A stretch of 64,000 nucleotides of DNA from a virus: positions 32,001-96,000 of IMG/VR virus record IMGVR_UViG_3300025141_000029; one strand, written 5' to 3'. The notes under the pieces are model-generated. The model saw only the letters and a program-made list of their open reading frames with translations, was not told where the DNA came from and did no database searches. Positions 30,349 through 39,220 of the stretch are shown in pieces; the first letter of the stretch is position 1; the number at the start of each line of letters is the position of its first letter. The position numbers and the translations under genes are program-made.

Positions 30349-30365
30349 GTTAAAATCTCCTTATA

Positions 30366-31784
30366 TTATTTTTTATTTAAGCCAGCCAAAATTTTCCATC
30401 TATCAATAGATGAATCATTTTGGATTGTTTTGTTTTCTCTGTCGCGGTTGCGATGAGAAAGGATCAATGTTGAAGTAGTCTTATTCATTGCTTCGCTCAA
30501 CGATTCTGGCTTATTATTCTTAATGGTGCTGCCCGTTGCGCTTTGAAGTGTTTCATAAATTATTTTAGCTTCTTCAACACTTTCAGAGTTAGATAAGGCT
30601 TCGACAATTTTATTTTTTTGTCGCTCATTCAGAGAGTCGCTCATCAAAACTTTGTTTGTATATAATAGTTTGGCATTCGCAAGATTGGATTCACTTAATT
30701 TATCCTTCAATCTGTTTGTAACACCAAGTAATTCTTTTTTATCAGATGTCAATTTATTAACATCTGTCTGTAATTTGTTGCTCGATTCTTCAAGATTTTT
30801 AAGAGCCTTTCTTTTAGCATCCCACTCTTCACGAACTTTTGAATCCTGAAGCATTGCCAAAAGTTCTTCTTCTGCCAATCGAAAAACAGATTCCGGTGGC
30901 GTGCCCCAACCCGATTGAAGCGTTTTTATATCTACATCAACCGTTAGGGCCTCTTCAACAACTTCGTTTAAATCTTCTTCATTAATCTCTAAGGATTCAC
31001 CATTTTCATCAACCACGTCGCGTTTCCAGCCCGAGCCCTTTATGGGCGGCGTGGACGGCGCAGTCTTCGACGGGATCCCCTTTGGGGCCTTGGGGTACGA
31101 CTTCGCCGCCGGCTGGGTAGTCGGGCCGGGCCTTGGATCACCGACGTCCCGGGTCGGCAAGTCCTTGACGGGGACGGCCATGGGTTGATCCAGGCCCGGG
31201 ATGGGGTTTTCAATGGGATCATAATCGAGCCCGGGGAGCATCGTCGACGGGTCACCCTCAGAAGCCTCGACCATCTGCGCTAGTTCGTCCAATAAATCTT
31301 CTTCCAATGTCATTTCCGTATATGTATCTTTGTTTGACATTTCTTTTAAAAAGCCTTCATCAAGCTCTAGGTTTTCTGGAATTGTTTCCAGGGGCCCTTC
31401 TTCGTCCCCCATTAGTTCAGTATCCTCTAAGGTGCCAGGCTCTTCTCCTGCCTCCAAATCAGACTCTAAACTCTGTAAATCAATATGTACTGTCTGTGTT
31501 TCGTCCGGACACGCACATAATTCTAGACCTTCGGCATTTGCTAGCGGAAGGTCGACTTCGGGATCTTCGGGATCTTCTTCTGCTTCGAGAGCACCAAATT
31601 CTTGACCCTCAATGCTTTCATCTTCGACGTCTCCAAAAACATCTTCTTCGACTTCTAAGATTTGCTGGACGGCTTCTTTAATTTGATCTGAAAATTTATC
31701 TAATACTGTTGCTTCTGCATTACGCAAAGCAACTTCTTTTAAAGCCTCCGCGTCAATAATAGCTTGATCAAGCAAATTTGACAT
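30366..31784 (-). CDS. Prohead core scaffold protein (gp22-like)
   Basis: Highly acidic with a C-terminal coiled coil (LNAKLL-like NLANAKLLY); directly upstream of the capsid gene. Confidence 0.75.
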   Translation of the reverse strand: MSNLLDQAIIDAEALKEVALRNAEATVLDKFSDQIKEAVQQILEVEEDVFGDVEDESIEGQEFGALEAEEDPEDPEVDLPLANAEGLELCACPDETQTVHIDLQSLESDLEAGEEPGTLEDTELMGDEEGPLETIPENLELDEGFLKEMSNKDTYTEMTLEEDLLDELAQMVEASEGDPSTMLPGLDYDPIENPIPGLDQPMAVPVKDLPTRDVGDPRPGPTTQPAAKSYPKAPKGIPSKTAPSTPPIKGSGWKRDVVDENGESLEINEEDLNEVVEEALTVDVDIKTLQSGWGTPPESVFRLAEEELLAMLQDSKVREEWDAKRKALKNLEESSNKLQTDVNKLTSDKKELLGVTNRLKDKLSESNLANAKLLYTNKVLMSDSLNERQKNKIVEALSNSESVEEAKIIYETLQSATGSTIKNNKPESLSEAMNKTTSTLILSHRNRDRENKTIQNDSSIDRWKILAGLNKK

Positions 31785-31852
31785 TTATAAACTCCTTAAG
31801 CTTAAGTTTCTAGAATAAATAGTATATATATCCTTTAAATGACAAAATCACT

Positions 31853-32464
31853 TTATAAAGTATTTACACCAGAGCCAGAAATATAATCACCAGGCATTCG
31901 AGTTGATGGGATGTTTGTTAATTCAGCGAATATTTGGAAGGATGCCGTTGCTGCGGTGCCACCTGCGATGACGGCGACATTGATGTGATTAGTTCTCACT
32001 GTGGTAGTAAAAGTATTACCTGCTGTTTCGAAGCCTCCGCCCGAAGAAGATGCAAAAGTAACTGTAAATATATGACCTTGTGAATATTGGGTCGGAGGAG
32101 CATGCGCGTCGGCTGTATATCTTGAAGAATTTGGGTTTGTAATAAAAGTATCGTCGCCAATTTTGGAGGTTCCGTCAACAGTTATTGGCTCGCCAAAGAA
32201 AAAATGTATCGGATCGGATGTATAAAGTTTTGACCCATTGCCGTTGGCTGTAACCCATGAGTTCGGTATAGCCTGGACTGTAATCTTTTTAGCTACACGA
32301 GGAAAATGGAATGTTCGGACCGAGCCAGACAGAATTTCTGAGTTTATAAATGATGCGGTCATCCACGGAGTACCCGAAGATTGATATGAGCCTACGTGAT
32401 TTAAACCAACGCCAACAGTGCCCGCTCGTATTGGGGAATTTGCATCTGTGCCAAATTGTGCCAT
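31853..32464 (-). CDS. Hypothetical virion protein
   Basis: 203-aa beta-rich ORF with SD, inside the head module. Confidence 0.6.
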   Translation of the reverse strand: MAQFGTDANSPIRAGTVGVGLNHVGSYQSSGTPWMTASFINSEILSGSVRTFHFPRVAKKITVQAIPNSWVTANGNGSKLYTSDPIHFFFGEPITVDGTSKIGDDTFITNPNSSRYTADAHAPPTQYSQGHIFTVTFASSSGGGFETAGNTFTTTVRTNHINVAVIAGGTAATASFQIFAELTNIPSTRMPGDYISGSGVNTL

Positions 32465-32473
32465 TTTATTCTC

Positions 32474-32707
32474 CTACCTTATATTTAGTTTCTTATTTCT
32501 TTCTGCCTCGGCCTTTCTTGCGTTGCGCAGTTTTTTTGCTTTTTCTTTTCTTCTTTTTGTTGAAGGTTTTTCGTAGAATCTTCTATCTAAATAGTCTTCA
32601 AGTATGCGTTCTTTTTTAACTTTTTTCATAAATCTTTTAATTAGGCGATACGGATCCCCTTTAACTTGTCTTAGATCTATACTAACATTAACACTTTTCT
32701 TGGCCAT
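32474..32707 (-). CDS. rpsU: Phage-encoded 30S ribosomal protein bS21
   Basis: LIKRFMKKVKKERIL.....RRFYEKPSTKRR matches the bS21 signature (LRRFKR...YEKPS..R); 77 aa and basic. Confidence 0.88.
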   Translation of the reverse strand: MAKKSVNVSIDLRQVKGDPYRLIKRFMKKVKKERILEDYLDRRFYEKPSTKRRKEKAKKLRNARKAEAERNKKLNIR

Positions 32708-32716
32708 CTTTATCCT

Positions 32717-33127
32717 TTAGATTAAATCTTTCCACTTACCATTAGCAATATTCATGATTCCCGATATATCAACGCCCGCATCGTGGGGAGAAACTCCAGA
32801 TAATGCCGTATGTTGATTGCTTTCCGGAATAACCTCTTGCGTGCCTTCAAATACATCTACGCCGCCGAAAGACATTGTTTCATTTAATCTCTTGATTTTT
32901 TCTTGTCTTTGTTTTTCGAGCGCGGCAGCCTTTTTCTGCAACTCTTCTGAATCTGGAGCACTTTTATTACTTCGAACAGTCAGGCTCTCAGTAATAATTT
33001 GTTGATTGGCCATTCCTTTAGCGACTTCTGTAATGATTCCAGATAGTACGCCCTTTTCGAAGATACATTCTTTAATACATTCTTCGATAAGGGGCTTTAA
33101 GATCTTTTTAAGTTCACTTCTTTTCAT
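32717..33127 (-). CDS. Hypothetical head-module protein
   Basis: 136 aa; N-terminus MKRSELKKILKPLIEECIKE. Confidence 0.7.
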   Translation of the reverse strand: MKRSELKKILKPLIEECIKECIFEKGVLSGIITEVAKGMANQQIITESLTVRSNKSAPDSEELQKKAAALEKQRQEKIKRLNETMSFGGVDVFEGTQEVIPESNQHTALSGVSPHDAGVDISGIMNIANGKWKDLI

Positions 33128-33129
33128 TG

Positions 33130-34218
33130 TTAGCCCGCTAATATCTTCCAGCGTTTATAAATTTTTGATTCGGTGAGCGCTCGTTCTTCTTCTGGCTCGT
33201 CACCACCAGCAGCGCTGGTATCCCCAGTTGTAAAAGGTCCAGCATAATTCACACCGCCGGCCTTCAAAGCAGCCGCAACTTTATCGGGAGTAGCACCAGG
33301 ATTAACTTCCGGATCTGCTTGTGGCATTTTTGTTCTAGAGGGGGCCCCTTCAACTTGTGAAGCAGCAGTTTTTTTAATCGCATTTTTAGCATATGCCTCG
33401 GCATAATCAACCCCTTTCTCTACCTCTTTAATACCCTTTATTTTCATGAGGGCAGCAACATAGGGTGCCACACCTTTAGGATCTGGCTGAAGTGTTTGTG
33501 GGTTGACTTTTCTTTCTGACGCGCCTAAATACTGTCGAATCTGGCCCGCTCCATCGGTAAATAAATTGCCTCCCTTTGCCTTTTTTGTATCAGCTTGGCC
33601 GGCGACAGCATATATTCCCAAATGTAGCGCCTGGAGCATGTCATCAGAAGATAAATCTGTCTTAAATCCAACTGTATTGATTTTTCCGTTTGGGTTGATC
33701 ATCATGGCTTGTGACCAACGATGATGTCCGTCTAGTACAACATTTCCATCAGAGGTTTGAGCTATGATAATAGGATTTTTAAAGTCAAATACCGGTGATT
33801 TCTCGCGCATTTTTTCAATTAACCAATTGACATCTCCCCAGTCAATACCATCCCATGCCATTCCATCAATTCCTGCCATTGTGTTTCTTAAAGATTGGGC
33901 AGCTCCGACTTCATTTTGTGACGCCTTGAGATTTGAGAACGGAACAATGCCGCCGCCGGCGGCTTGGACTGCCATATCATCTCGTTCTGTGCCATCCTTC
34001 TGGCCCTTATCGATCAATTCTTTAGCAGCATCAGATAAGCCAGCAATCGGTGGAACTGGCAAGCTTCTCAAAGGTTTTCTCATCCAAGCATCCAGCTCTT
34101 TTCCAAGTGCAGCCTGATGTCTTAAACCTCCTCGTGCTCTGGGAGCCAACGGACGTTCATTTAAAATTTGAAGATCTTTAACTAATTCTTTTAATTTTGT
34201 CTTCATAATTTTCATCAT
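33130..34218 (-). CDS. ParB/Srx-like domain protein ending in the scaffold-type RWKILAG peptide
   Basis: LKASQNEV and PIIIAQ....VVLDGHHRW (ParB N-terminal motif). Confidence 0.65.
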   Translation of the reverse strand: MMKIMKTKLKELVKDLQILNERPLAPRARGGLRHQAALGKELDAWMRKPLRSLPVPPIAGLSDAAKELIDKGQKDGTERDDMAVQAAGGGIVPFSNLKASQNEVGAAQSLRNTMAGIDGMAWDGIDWGDVNWLIEKMREKSPVFDFKNPIIIAQTSDGNVVLDGHHRWSQAMMINPNGKINTVGFKTDLSSDDMLQALHLGIYAVAGQADTKKAKGGNLFTDGAGQIRQYLGASERKVNPQTLQPDPKGVAPYVAALMKIKGIKEVEKGVDYAEAYAKNAIKKTAASQVEGAPSRTKMPQADPEVNPGATPDKVAAALKAGGVNYAGPFTTGDTSAAGGDEPEEERALTESKIYKRWKILAG

Positions 34219-34680
34219 TTAGTTTCCTGATCTTACAATTTTTTTAATTTCATCTTCGATCATATTCCTTAAAGACTCTTTGGTGAGTTTTTTATTCTCA
34301 TCCCAGCGAAACTTTCGTTCTTTCCTTCGGGTCTTTTTTTCTGGCTCGTATAAACTGCCTAAACGACTTTGTCTACTAAGACCAGAAGCACCGTACTTTG
34401 GGGTGCCTCGCGCAGATTTCGATTCCCAACCATAGCGCTCCTTTTCCATCTCTTTTTGTGAAAAATCGCCTAGGCCACCCTCTTCAAGTTCTTCGCCTTC
34501 TTCAGGCTCTTTGTCGCGTTTCATCGGCAGATCTGTCGACCCGGGGTCACCAGAGTGCGGCGTCTCGGTCGACGGGGCCGGCTTGGGACCCGGGTCGATG
34601 GGCATGCCGTTGCCGATTTCGTCAAGCTTTGCTATTTCTTCTCTGATGATTTGCTGTAAATGTTCTCTTGTTACTTTCAT
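34219..34680 (-). CDS. Putative capsid-internal protein with MKVTREHLQQIIREE leader
   Basis: Leader at the N-terminus and a second copy near the C-terminus (KKLTKESLRNMIEDEI); adjacent to the prohead protease. Confidence 0.65.
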   Translation of the reverse strand: MKVTREHLQQIIREEIAKLDEIGNGMPIDPGPKPAPSTETPHSGDPGSTDLPMKRDKEPEEGEELEEGGLGDFSQKEMEKERYGWESKSARGTPKYGASGLSRQSRLGSLYEPEKKTRRKERKFRWDENKKLTKESLRNMIEDEIKKIVRSGN

Positions 34681-34685
34681 ATTTC

Positions 34686-35330
34686 TTAATCCTTTAAGAT
34701 ATCTTGAATAAGATTATCCAAGCTCGTTTTTTCTTTATTTTCATTTAAATAAGAATTAATGCCCGCATCTATTTGTGGAGTCGAAATAGAAATAGCGCCC
34801 CCTGATTTTAAATAGGCTCCAGGTGTCGAAGGTTCCGAAACGATATCAAAACAAATTAATTGAAAATCATCTTCAACCATTACATAACCCTGTGATTCCT
34901 TTACAGTTCCAAGGCCTCGGGAAGAAATACCCAGCTTTACGCCGGCTTTAATTAAATCCTTGAGAATACGACCGGAAGGTGTGCCAAGTACTTCAATCTT
35001 TCCCATAACATTGTCACCATCCCACCACATTTTTGCTACAATGTGCGCAGCATTCTTAAGATTAATAACACTATCATCTGGATGATCTAACTCTCCAAGT
35101 GATCTTCTTTCTCTAATTGCTTTTTGATAGTTTTCAACTTCTCTCTGCAGGGTTTCTTTTTTATAAATCCTGCCATTGCCATTTTTTGTGCCAGCTTTTT
35201 GACACACTCCCACAAGATAAACTGCTCCATCATTGGCAACGCGCTTTCTTTCCGATTCTGTTAAGATATCAAAAGCACATTGTCCATCAGGACAAAGTTC
35301 AAAGTATTCTTGTAAAAGCTGTTTTGACAT
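34686..35330 (-). CDS. Prohead core protease (T4 gp21-like)
   Basis: NGNGRIY, LGELDHP (His), GISSRGLG (Ser) and FDIVSEPSTPGAY. Confidence 0.93.
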   Translation of the reverse strand: MSKQLLQEYFELCPDGQCAFDILTESERKRVANDGAVYLVGVCQKAGTKNGNGRIYKKETLQREVENYQKAIRERRSLGELDHPDDSVINLKNAAHIVAKMWWDGDNVMGKIEVLGTPSGRILKDLIKAGVKLGISSRGLGTVKESQGYVMVEDDFQLICFDIVSEPSTPGAYLKSGGAISISTPQIDAGINSYLNENKEKTSLDNLIQDILKD

Positions 35331-35334
35331 TTAG

Positions 35335-35478
35335 TTATTTCTTATTTTTTTTGTCGCCGCCGCCGGTGCTGCCGCCTTTGCCAATCCACCAACTTCTCGG
35401 TGCAATATTCGCACCAGGTTTAACTACTTTTCCAGGTCCATGACCTGTATTCTTTTTGCCGTCTTTCTCGTCTGCCAT
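35335..35478 (-). CDS. 47-aa Gly/Lys-rich peptide (MADEKDGKKNTGHGPGKVVKPGANIAPRSWWIGKGGSTGGGDKKNKK)
   Basis: Translated by hand. Strong AAGGAG SD; it fills the gap before the protease and is below the ORF-track cutoff. Confidence 0.7.
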   Translation of the reverse strand: MADEKDGKKNTGHGPGKVVKPGANIAPRSWWIGKGGSTGGGDKKNKK

Positions 35479-35495
35479 TTTATCTTCTCCTTTTT

Positions 35496-35527
35496 AAAAA
35501 ATAAATTAAAGCGAGGCTCACCCTCGC
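35496..35527 (-). terminator. Hairpin GCGAGG-N5-CCUCGC with U-rich tail
   Basis: Inverted repeat at 35511-35527 followed by UUUAAUUUAUUUUUU. Confidence 0.55.
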
Positions 35528-35583
35528 ACGATATAGCTGCCTGAGCAGCATCTTCTAGTTTCTGGAATATTACGTTTTTTCAT
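35518..35583 (-). CDS. Possible 21-aa peptide MKKRNIPETRRCCSGSYIVRG
   Basis: The ATG overlaps the end of the upstream membrane-protein gene and has GAGG upstream; the stop lies in the hairpin loop. Confidence 0.35.
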   Translation of the reverse strand: MKKRNIPETRRCCSGSYIVRG

Positions 35584-35884
35584 TTTCTAGCCTCACGTTT
35601 AAATTTAATCCAAAGTCTTTCAACAACATACTAAAAAAGTACGAAGTTCCGGCAGACAAGCAGCCGCACAAAAATGCTGTAAACAAACTATAATCAAAAC
35701 TAAATAGTTCAGTTTGACCATTCATAGCCCATAAAAATATACCAATCCAAAAGCCTAGGCAAAGAGGACAGTGAAATAAATCTCCTAACTTACCCTTTGT
35801 GGGTCGAATAAAATTAAAAATTGAACCATATGCCAATAAAAAAGTTAACCCGTAGGAACAAAGAATAAAATGTAAAGTTTCCAT
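35570..35884 (-). CDS. Small membrane protein with CPLC..FW motif (DUF1360-like)
   Basis: Three hydrophobic segments and LFHCPLCLGFW. Confidence 0.6.
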   Translation of the reverse strand: METLHFILCSYGLTFLLAYGSIFNFIRPTKGKLGDLFHCPLCLGFWIGIFLWAMNGQTELFSFDYSLFTAFLCGCLSAGTSYFFSMLLKDFGLNLNVRLENEKT

Positions 35885-36453
35885 TATTCCTCTAAACGGT
35901 ACACTGCGGCTGTTTGTAAGCCATAAGGCATATGGCCCGGGTTGATTGAGCCCTTCTTCTCTGAATGATACTGTTCCGGATCAAATTCTGTGTATTCACC
36001 TGGAGGCGGCTCATTTAGACGATCTTCTTCTTGTTTATCGAAAGCACGTTCAAAGTCCATCAATGGACGTTCTTTTTCTATAAATCTTGAAATAGCCAAC
36101 AAACTATGTTGCACCCCATTATACATTTTAGATTCTTGTATTTTGGCTTCCATAGAATTAAAAATATTTCCACCCTGGATGGAATTATAGTCGATAACCC
36201 CTCGTTTTCTTAAAAATGTAAATAATCTATTTTGTGCTTCGTACACATGATCACCATAATATTCTTTAGCAAAGGTCAAAATCTTGTTTTTCGAAGGCAT
36301 AATAACAATATCAATGTCATCGTGGTCATAGATCAAAATATCGCCGGCCAAACTTTTTCGTGCCTTAAGTTCAATTGTTTCTTCAATCTTGTTTTGTTTA
36401 ATTATTATTTTGATCGGCGGCTCTTTCGCACCTAATTTAATATTAATTGACAT
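35884..36453 (-). CDS. Hypothetical protein
   Basis: 189-aa ORF coupled to its neighbours. Confidence 0.7.
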   Translation of the reverse strand: MSINIKLGAKEPPIKIIIKQNKIEETIELKARKSLAGDILIYDHDDIDIVIMPSKNKILTFAKEYYGDHVYEAQNRLFTFLRKRGVIDYNSIQGGNIFNSMEAKIQESKMYNGVQHSLLAISRFIEKERPLMDFERAFDKQEEDRLNEPPPGEYTEFDPEQYHSEKKGSINPGHMPYGLQTAAVYRLEE

Positions 36454-37270
36454 TGGTTGAAATCTCTTTTGTTAGTTGTTGTATTTTTAACACTTTCTCT
36501 AGAATATTTCTATTAATTTTCTTTTTTGAAAAAGAATTTAAAACATCTATTATCTGATTTTTTTTATCCAAAATCAATGGGCTATTATTGCCTTCTGTTA
36601 TATTAAGCAAATCTTTCTTTAATCTTGCAATTTCTTCATTTAAGAATACTTTGAATTCTAAATCATCTGTTTCACAAGAAGAAACATAATGTTTAATTAA
36701 ATCTTTTTGCTCTTGGAGCAATACATCTTCATATGTTTCATTAAATTTATTATAAAAAGTTTTAAATGCTAGCTTGCTTGTCGGCTTATATTTTTGTTTT
36801 TTAAGAATTTCGGAAGAAGCCTGGATCCTTTCTAGTATACAATCTTCTAATTTAATCTGCTCTTTCACGCTTACATTTTCGTGTAACACTTGATACGCAG
36901 TTGCCAGACTTTTATATTCAGAAATAAAATGTTCGAAAATATCTTTTCCTAAATCCTTATTAATTTTTTTTATCAATTTTGTCTGAGCATTAAAGATATC
37001 TTTTCTATTCAGACTTTGATGACGGATTTTCGTCTCATGTAAGACCTTATTAGCAAATTCATTATTCAAGTCAGCGGTCGACGTTAAGTTTTTGTAAAGC
37101 TCTAGTTCAGTATTTAAAATACTTTTTTTATTAAAAAATTCTTTTAAGATTTTAATAATTGTTTTTTTGCGAGATTCATCGGCCTTCAATGAAACAACTG
37201 TTAATTCGCGTACAAGAATTTCAAATAAAAACGCTGTATTTCTTTTTTTATTATGTTTATGTTTCGTCAT
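36443..37270 (-). CDS. Hypothetical head-module protein
   Basis: 275 aa, starting KHKHNKKRNT..LFE.L; directly downstream of the portal. Confidence 0.7.
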   Translation of the reverse strand: MTKHKHNKKRNTAFLFEILVRELTVVSLKADESRKKTIIKILKEFFNKKSILNTELELYKNLTSTADLNNEFANKVLHETKIRHQSLNRKDIFNAQTKLIKKINKDLGKDIFEHFISEYKSLATAYQVLHENVSVKEQIKLEDCILERIQASSEILKKQKYKPTSKLAFKTFYNKFNETYEDVLLQEQKDLIKHYVSSCETDDLEFKVFLNEEIARLKKDLLNITEGNNSPLILDKKNQIIDVLNSFSKKKINRNILEKVLKIQQLTKEISTNVN

Positions 37271-39212
37271 ACTTCGACTCCAGAAGCGCTATTAGATTTT
37301 TGATATCGGTGTTGGTCTCAAATAATTTTCTCTCTTCATCATTATAAGTAGAATCAAGATTTTCAGTAACACCATGCGCAAGACGATTAATTTCTATTCC
37401 AGGAAACATCTTTCTTCTCGAAGAACCTTTGTGCTCATCAGCCCAAAGACCTTTCATGTGTCTTTTTCGGGCGCCCATATCTCTTCTATCACCGCCTTTA
37501 TTAGATCGCGGCTCATACCATCCGTGAGATTTCGAGGTTGTAGTATACGTTTTGCCATTTTCTTTTTTAACATCACGCTTCGGAGCAGCTAAGAGCGCGC
37601 TTTCCTCCTCACCGCCGGCCTCTTCGCCGGCGGGTTCTTCGGCGGCGGCTTCTTCGCCACCAAATTCTTCACCACCAAACTCTTCACCACCAAACTCTTC
37701 ACCGCCAAATTCTTCACCGCCGCCTAGGCCGGCCATGCCGCCTTCGACACCTTCGGCTGTTACATCTTCTGCTGCTTTTTCTAGATCAGCAACCAATCTC
37801 TTGTCATGGAACATCTCTCTTTGAATTCTAGACATCTCTTCTGCCGAGACATTGAATATGTGTTCCGCAAGCCAGCGCTTACTGAAAAAGCCTTCTGTGG
37901 CCCCAGACGCAACTTCAAACTTAGTTCGCCAATGTTCTAATTCCTGAAGTTGTGCTAATTTAGAAGGATTGTTTAAACGAAGTTTAAAAGAAGTTAGATC
38001 TTTACCACGATATCCTCTTGTAAACAAATGTACAACTGCTATCTTTTCTAACTCTGAAATAACTGATCGTTGTAAGCGCTGTACTGTTCTGGCAAACCTA
38101 ATATCTTTTTGTGCTAAAGTTGTTTTATCTTCATCGGCCCCCTCAGAATTTGTTAGATAAGAGGGTGGAATTTTAAGTGCGCTGAATAATTTATCTCTAA
38201 GATATTTAACATCATCAATGTCGCCAGTAAATGTACCTCCAGGCAAACTTTCAACCTTTGTTGATTCTCCGCCCCTTACAGGAATAAAATAATCTTCTTC
38301 GATTGACATCGGGTTATAACGTAGGTCGACGCGGCCGCTATCAGCATTGACTATTTGATTTCTTTTCATTTGTGTCATAACACGCTGTACATATTGTTCA
38401 ACATCCTGTGGGGGGATATTACCTACATCAATATAAAAAACTCTTCTTTCAGGCGATCTTACAATGCGATATGCCATCATAGCATCTTCCAAAAGTGTTA
38501 ACTGGCGCCAAACTCTACGAGCAGGCTCCAGAACTGATGTTCCATATGGAGCATATTTATCATTTCCTAAAATTCTAAAATGTGCAACCTGCCAATTTTC
38601 TAATGTAAGGCCGGCTGAATTCCATTGGTATTGAACATATTTGGGATTATCTTCATCTTCCCCCTCTAAACGTTCCACTTCTTGTGAAGGAAGTCCAATG
38701 GCATACTGGATTCCGTCTTTTTCGTCTATATCCAAATATAGAAAAAAATCACCAAATTTACAAAGAGACCTGGCCCATCCAAAAATATTAAATTCAATAT
38801 TTAAAATATTGTGATATAAATTTTCTAATTCTATTTTAATTTCTTCATCGTGAGTTACTATATTTAATAGTGGTGTTAATTCAGTTGAAGTTGTAATTTC
38901 ATCTGCATAAATATCCAAGGCAGAAGCAATCTCGGGCATATATTCCATTTGGTCAAAATCAATATATCGATCAGTTCGATTTTGATTAGACATAAAGTTT
39001 GCTGCAAAGTTACCCTTTTGCCCATATTCTGTTTTTTTAAATGTTTGGCCGCTGGCAGACTTAAACGTATTGGCATAATTGTCTAAATGTAATCGTCGAG
39101 GATGTCTCGTAGTTTGCTGTCTATACGTCGTTAAGGGACCAGATAAAAGCTTGGTTAACTTTCTAAATAATCCATGTTGTGGATTTCTTGGATTTGTATT
39201 TCTATTAGCCAT
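37257..39212 (-). CDS. Portal protein (T4 gp20-like)
   Basis: PEIASALDIYADE, LEDAMMAYRIVRSPERRVFYIDVGN, EDYFIPVRG and LFSALKIP. Confidence 0.95.
   Translation of the reverse strand: MANRNTNPRNPQHGLFRKLTKLLSGPLTTYRQQTTRHPRRLHLDNYANTFKSASGQTFKKTEYGQKGNFAANFMSNQNRTDRYIDFDQMEYMPEIASALDIYADEITTSTELTPLLNIVTHDEEIKIELENLYHNILNIEFNIFGWARSLCKFGDFFLYLDIDEKDGIQYAIGLPSQEVERLEGEDEDNPKYVQYQWNSAGLTLENWQVAHFRILGNDKYAPYGTSVLEPARRVWRQLTLLEDAMMAYRIVRSPERRVFYIDVGNIPPQDVEQYVQRVMTQMKRNQIVNADSGRVDLRYNPMSIEEDYFIPVRGGESTKVESLPGGTFTGDIDDVKYLRDKLFSALKIPPSYLTNSEGADEDKTTLAQKDIRFARTVQRLQRSVISELEKIAVVHLFTRGYRGKDLTSFKLRLNNPSKLAQLQELEHWRTKFEVASGATEGFFSKRWLAEHIFNVSAEEMSRIQREMFHDKRLVADLEKAAEDVTAEGVEGGMAGLGGGEEFGGEEFGGEEFGGEEFGGEEAAAEEPAGEEAGGEEESALLAAPKRDVKKENGKTYTTTSKSHGWYEPRSNKGGDRRDMGARKRHMKGLWADEHKGSSRRKMFPGIEINRLAHGVTENLDSTYNDEERKLFETNTDIKNLIALLESKYDET
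37650..37722. repeat. Imperfect 15-bp tandem repeats encoding (GGEEF)x4 in the portal C-terminal tail
   Basis: TTCTTCACCACCAAA-like units read directly. Confidence 0.85.
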
Positions 39213-39220
39213 CTATATAA

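Noticed and set aside
27482-37722. Short tandem repeats as a possible CRISPR array
   Set aside because: The 15-bp units have no spacers and are in frame within coding sequence (PVKKA, GGEEF). No cas genes are visible.
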